A DNA stretch of 263 nucleotides from a phage, in sequence record X15718.1; one strand, 5' to 3'. Shown one piece after another: positions 1-263 of the stretch. The notes under the pieces were generated by a model, which saw nothing but the letters and a program-made list of their open reading frames with translations, had not been told where the DNA came from and searched no databases. A program made the position numbers and the translations under genes. The first letter of the stretch is position 1. Each line of letters starts with the position of its first letter.

Positions 1-170
1 GTTCTGCTCGCGATTGTGCTACTGTTGATATTCATCCTCGTACTTCTGGTAATAATGTTTTTGTTGGTGTGATTTGTTCTAGCGCTAAATGGACCTCCGG
101 TCGTGTGATTGGTACCATCGCTACGACTCAGGTTATTCATGAATACCAAGTCCTTCAGCCGCTTAAATAA
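1..170 (+). CDS. G: Major spike protein G of a phiX174-like microvirus, C-terminal portion; 5'-partial (ORF enters from upstream, first complete codon 3-5, stop TAA 168-170)
   Basis: Seen in sequence: the frame with codons at 3-5, 6-8 ... is open from the window start to TAA 168-170 and translates to [55 protein letters not shown]. Established knowledge (from memory): phiX174 G ends ...[52 protein letters not shown]; shared blocks are DC-T-D-PRT-GNNV-VG, QVI and a terminal LQPLK*, with a one-residue length difference. Codon usage is strongly NNT-biased (36 of 55 codons end in T by my count, 21 of the first 22), which is typical of phiX-like phages. The nucleotide sequence differs from phiX174, so this is a related phage. 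No alignment software was run. Confidence 0.86.
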
Positions 171-196
171 AAGGCTGCCGCACTCCCGGTTAGATG

Positions 197-216
197 CCTG
201 CCCAGTGTAGGGCAGG
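197..216 (+). repeat. Perfect inverted repeat / stem-loop: 7-bp GC-rich stem (CCTGCCC 197-203 pairs with GGGCAGG 210-216) and 6-nt loop AGTGTA (204-209)
   Basis: Seen in sequence: GGGCAGG is the exact reverse complement of CCTGCCC. T195/A218 could add one pair across a G196/T217 mismatch, and CTCC 183-186 could pair with GGAG 220-223 as an outer helix. A CTG trinucleotide lies at 198-200 in the 5' arm. There is no T-run after the stem, so it does not look like an intrinsic terminator. Because the phage genome is single-stranded, this hairpin can form in the packaged or infecting DNA. Confidence 0.7.
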
Positions 217-248
217 TACGGAGATACCCGATAAACTAGGAACGTGGA

Positions 249-263
249 AGGCGTTAGCCGCCT
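249..263 (+). repeat. Second short stem-loop, cut by the window end: AGGCG 249-253 pairs with CGCCT 259-263, loop TTAGC 254-258
   Basis: Seen in sequence: AGGCG and CGCCT are exact reverse complements (5 bp). The stem reaches the last base of the window, so its true length is unknown. Short stems like this arise by chance fairly often in GC-rich DNA. Confidence 0.35.

Larger units (their letters stand above)
171..263 (+). other. Untranslated region downstream of gene G (G-H intergenic spacer, truncated by the window end); candidate complementary-strand (minus-strand) replication origin of the alpha3/St-1/phiK type
   Basis: Seen in sequence: no plausible coding frame (in-frame TAG at 237-239 and 255-257 in the G frame; the NNT codon bias stops at 170), GC-rich, and contains stem-loops at 197-216 and 249-263. 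Established knowledge (from memory): phiX174 has only about 10 nt between G and H; G4 carries its primase-dependent complementary-strand origin between F and G, while alpha3, St-1 and phiK are reported to carry theirs between G and H, in a structured untranslated region of roughly 100+ nt. Inference: this spacer is that kind of origin. I cannot reproduce the published origin sequences from memory, so the assignment rests on position and structure only. Confidence 0.45.

Noticed and set aside
164-170. TAAATAA after the last sense codon (overlapping TAA triplets at 164-166 and 168-170)
   Set aside because: Only TAA 168-170 is in the G frame; the other is out of frame. A simple stop-codon context, not a programmed frameshift or readthrough signal (no slippery heptamer or downstream pseudoknot evident).
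197-225. Hairpin 197-216 as a rho-independent transcription terminator for gene G
   Set aside because: No T-rich tract follows the stem (TACGGAGATACCCG), so it does not fit the canonical intrinsic-terminator architecture. Kept only as a possible weak RNA structure.
194-262. ATG at 194-196 opens a + strand frame (MPAQCRAGTEIPDKLGTWKALAA...) that runs to the window end without a stop
   Set aside because: It begins directly after an in-frame TAG (191-193), has no Shine-Dalgarno upstream (CTCCCGGTTAG), runs straight through the 197-216 hairpin, lacks the NNT codon bias of the G gene (about 4 of 22 codons end in T), and does not resemble the microvirus H N-terminus. Most likely a chance open frame in GC-rich structured DNA.
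171-262. Direct repeat of AAGGC...GCCGC (171-181 AAGGCTGCCGC versus 248-262 AAGGCGTTAGCCGCC) flanking the hairpin region
   Set aside because: Very short and imperfect; likely chance in a GC-rich 93-nt region. Nothing suggests terminal repeats of a mobile element or a recombination site.
1-263. Minus-strand reading frame in register with the G codons is free of stops across the entire window (no in-frame TTA/CTA/TCA on the + strand), with possible ATGs opposite CAT 138-140 and 33-35
   Set aside because: Known microvirus genes are all encoded on the viral (+) strand. An open antisense frame in register with sense codons is the expected artefact of strong NNT codon bias, because the antisense stops would require the rare sense codons TTA, CTA or TCA. 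No RBS evidence; not supportable as a gene.
238-263. GTG 244-246 preceded by AGGA 238-241 as a possible start of the next gene
   Set aside because: The spacing between AGGA and GTG is only 2 nt, too short for a functional RBS-start arrangement, and the downstream frame cannot be evaluated within the window.

Overview
This 263-nt window looks like a fragment of a phiX174-like single-stranded DNA coliphage (Microviridae, Bullavirinae), not cellular DNA. Positions 1-170 (+ strand) encode the C-terminal ~55 residues of the major spike protein G, ending at TAA 168-170. The translation (...[53 protein letters not shown]) aligns with the phiX174 G C-terminus as I remember it (...[52 protein letters not shown]) at roughly 45-50% identity, so this is a relative of phiX174 (G4-like or alpha3/St-1/phiK-like), not phiX174 itself. 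Positions 171-263 are non-coding and GC-rich, with a perfect 7-bp stem-loop (197-216) and a second, window-truncated stem-loop (249-263). In phiX174 the G-H spacer is only about 10 nt, so this longer structured spacer is the most interesting part. By position and structure it is a candidate primase-dependent complementary-strand origin, which I recall is placed between G and H in alpha3, St-1 and phiK; I could not confirm this by sequence match. I see no evidence of a previously undescribed system: everything fits known microvirus biology, and the window is too short to hold a multi-gene system. All comparisons are from memory and direct reading; no database search was run.
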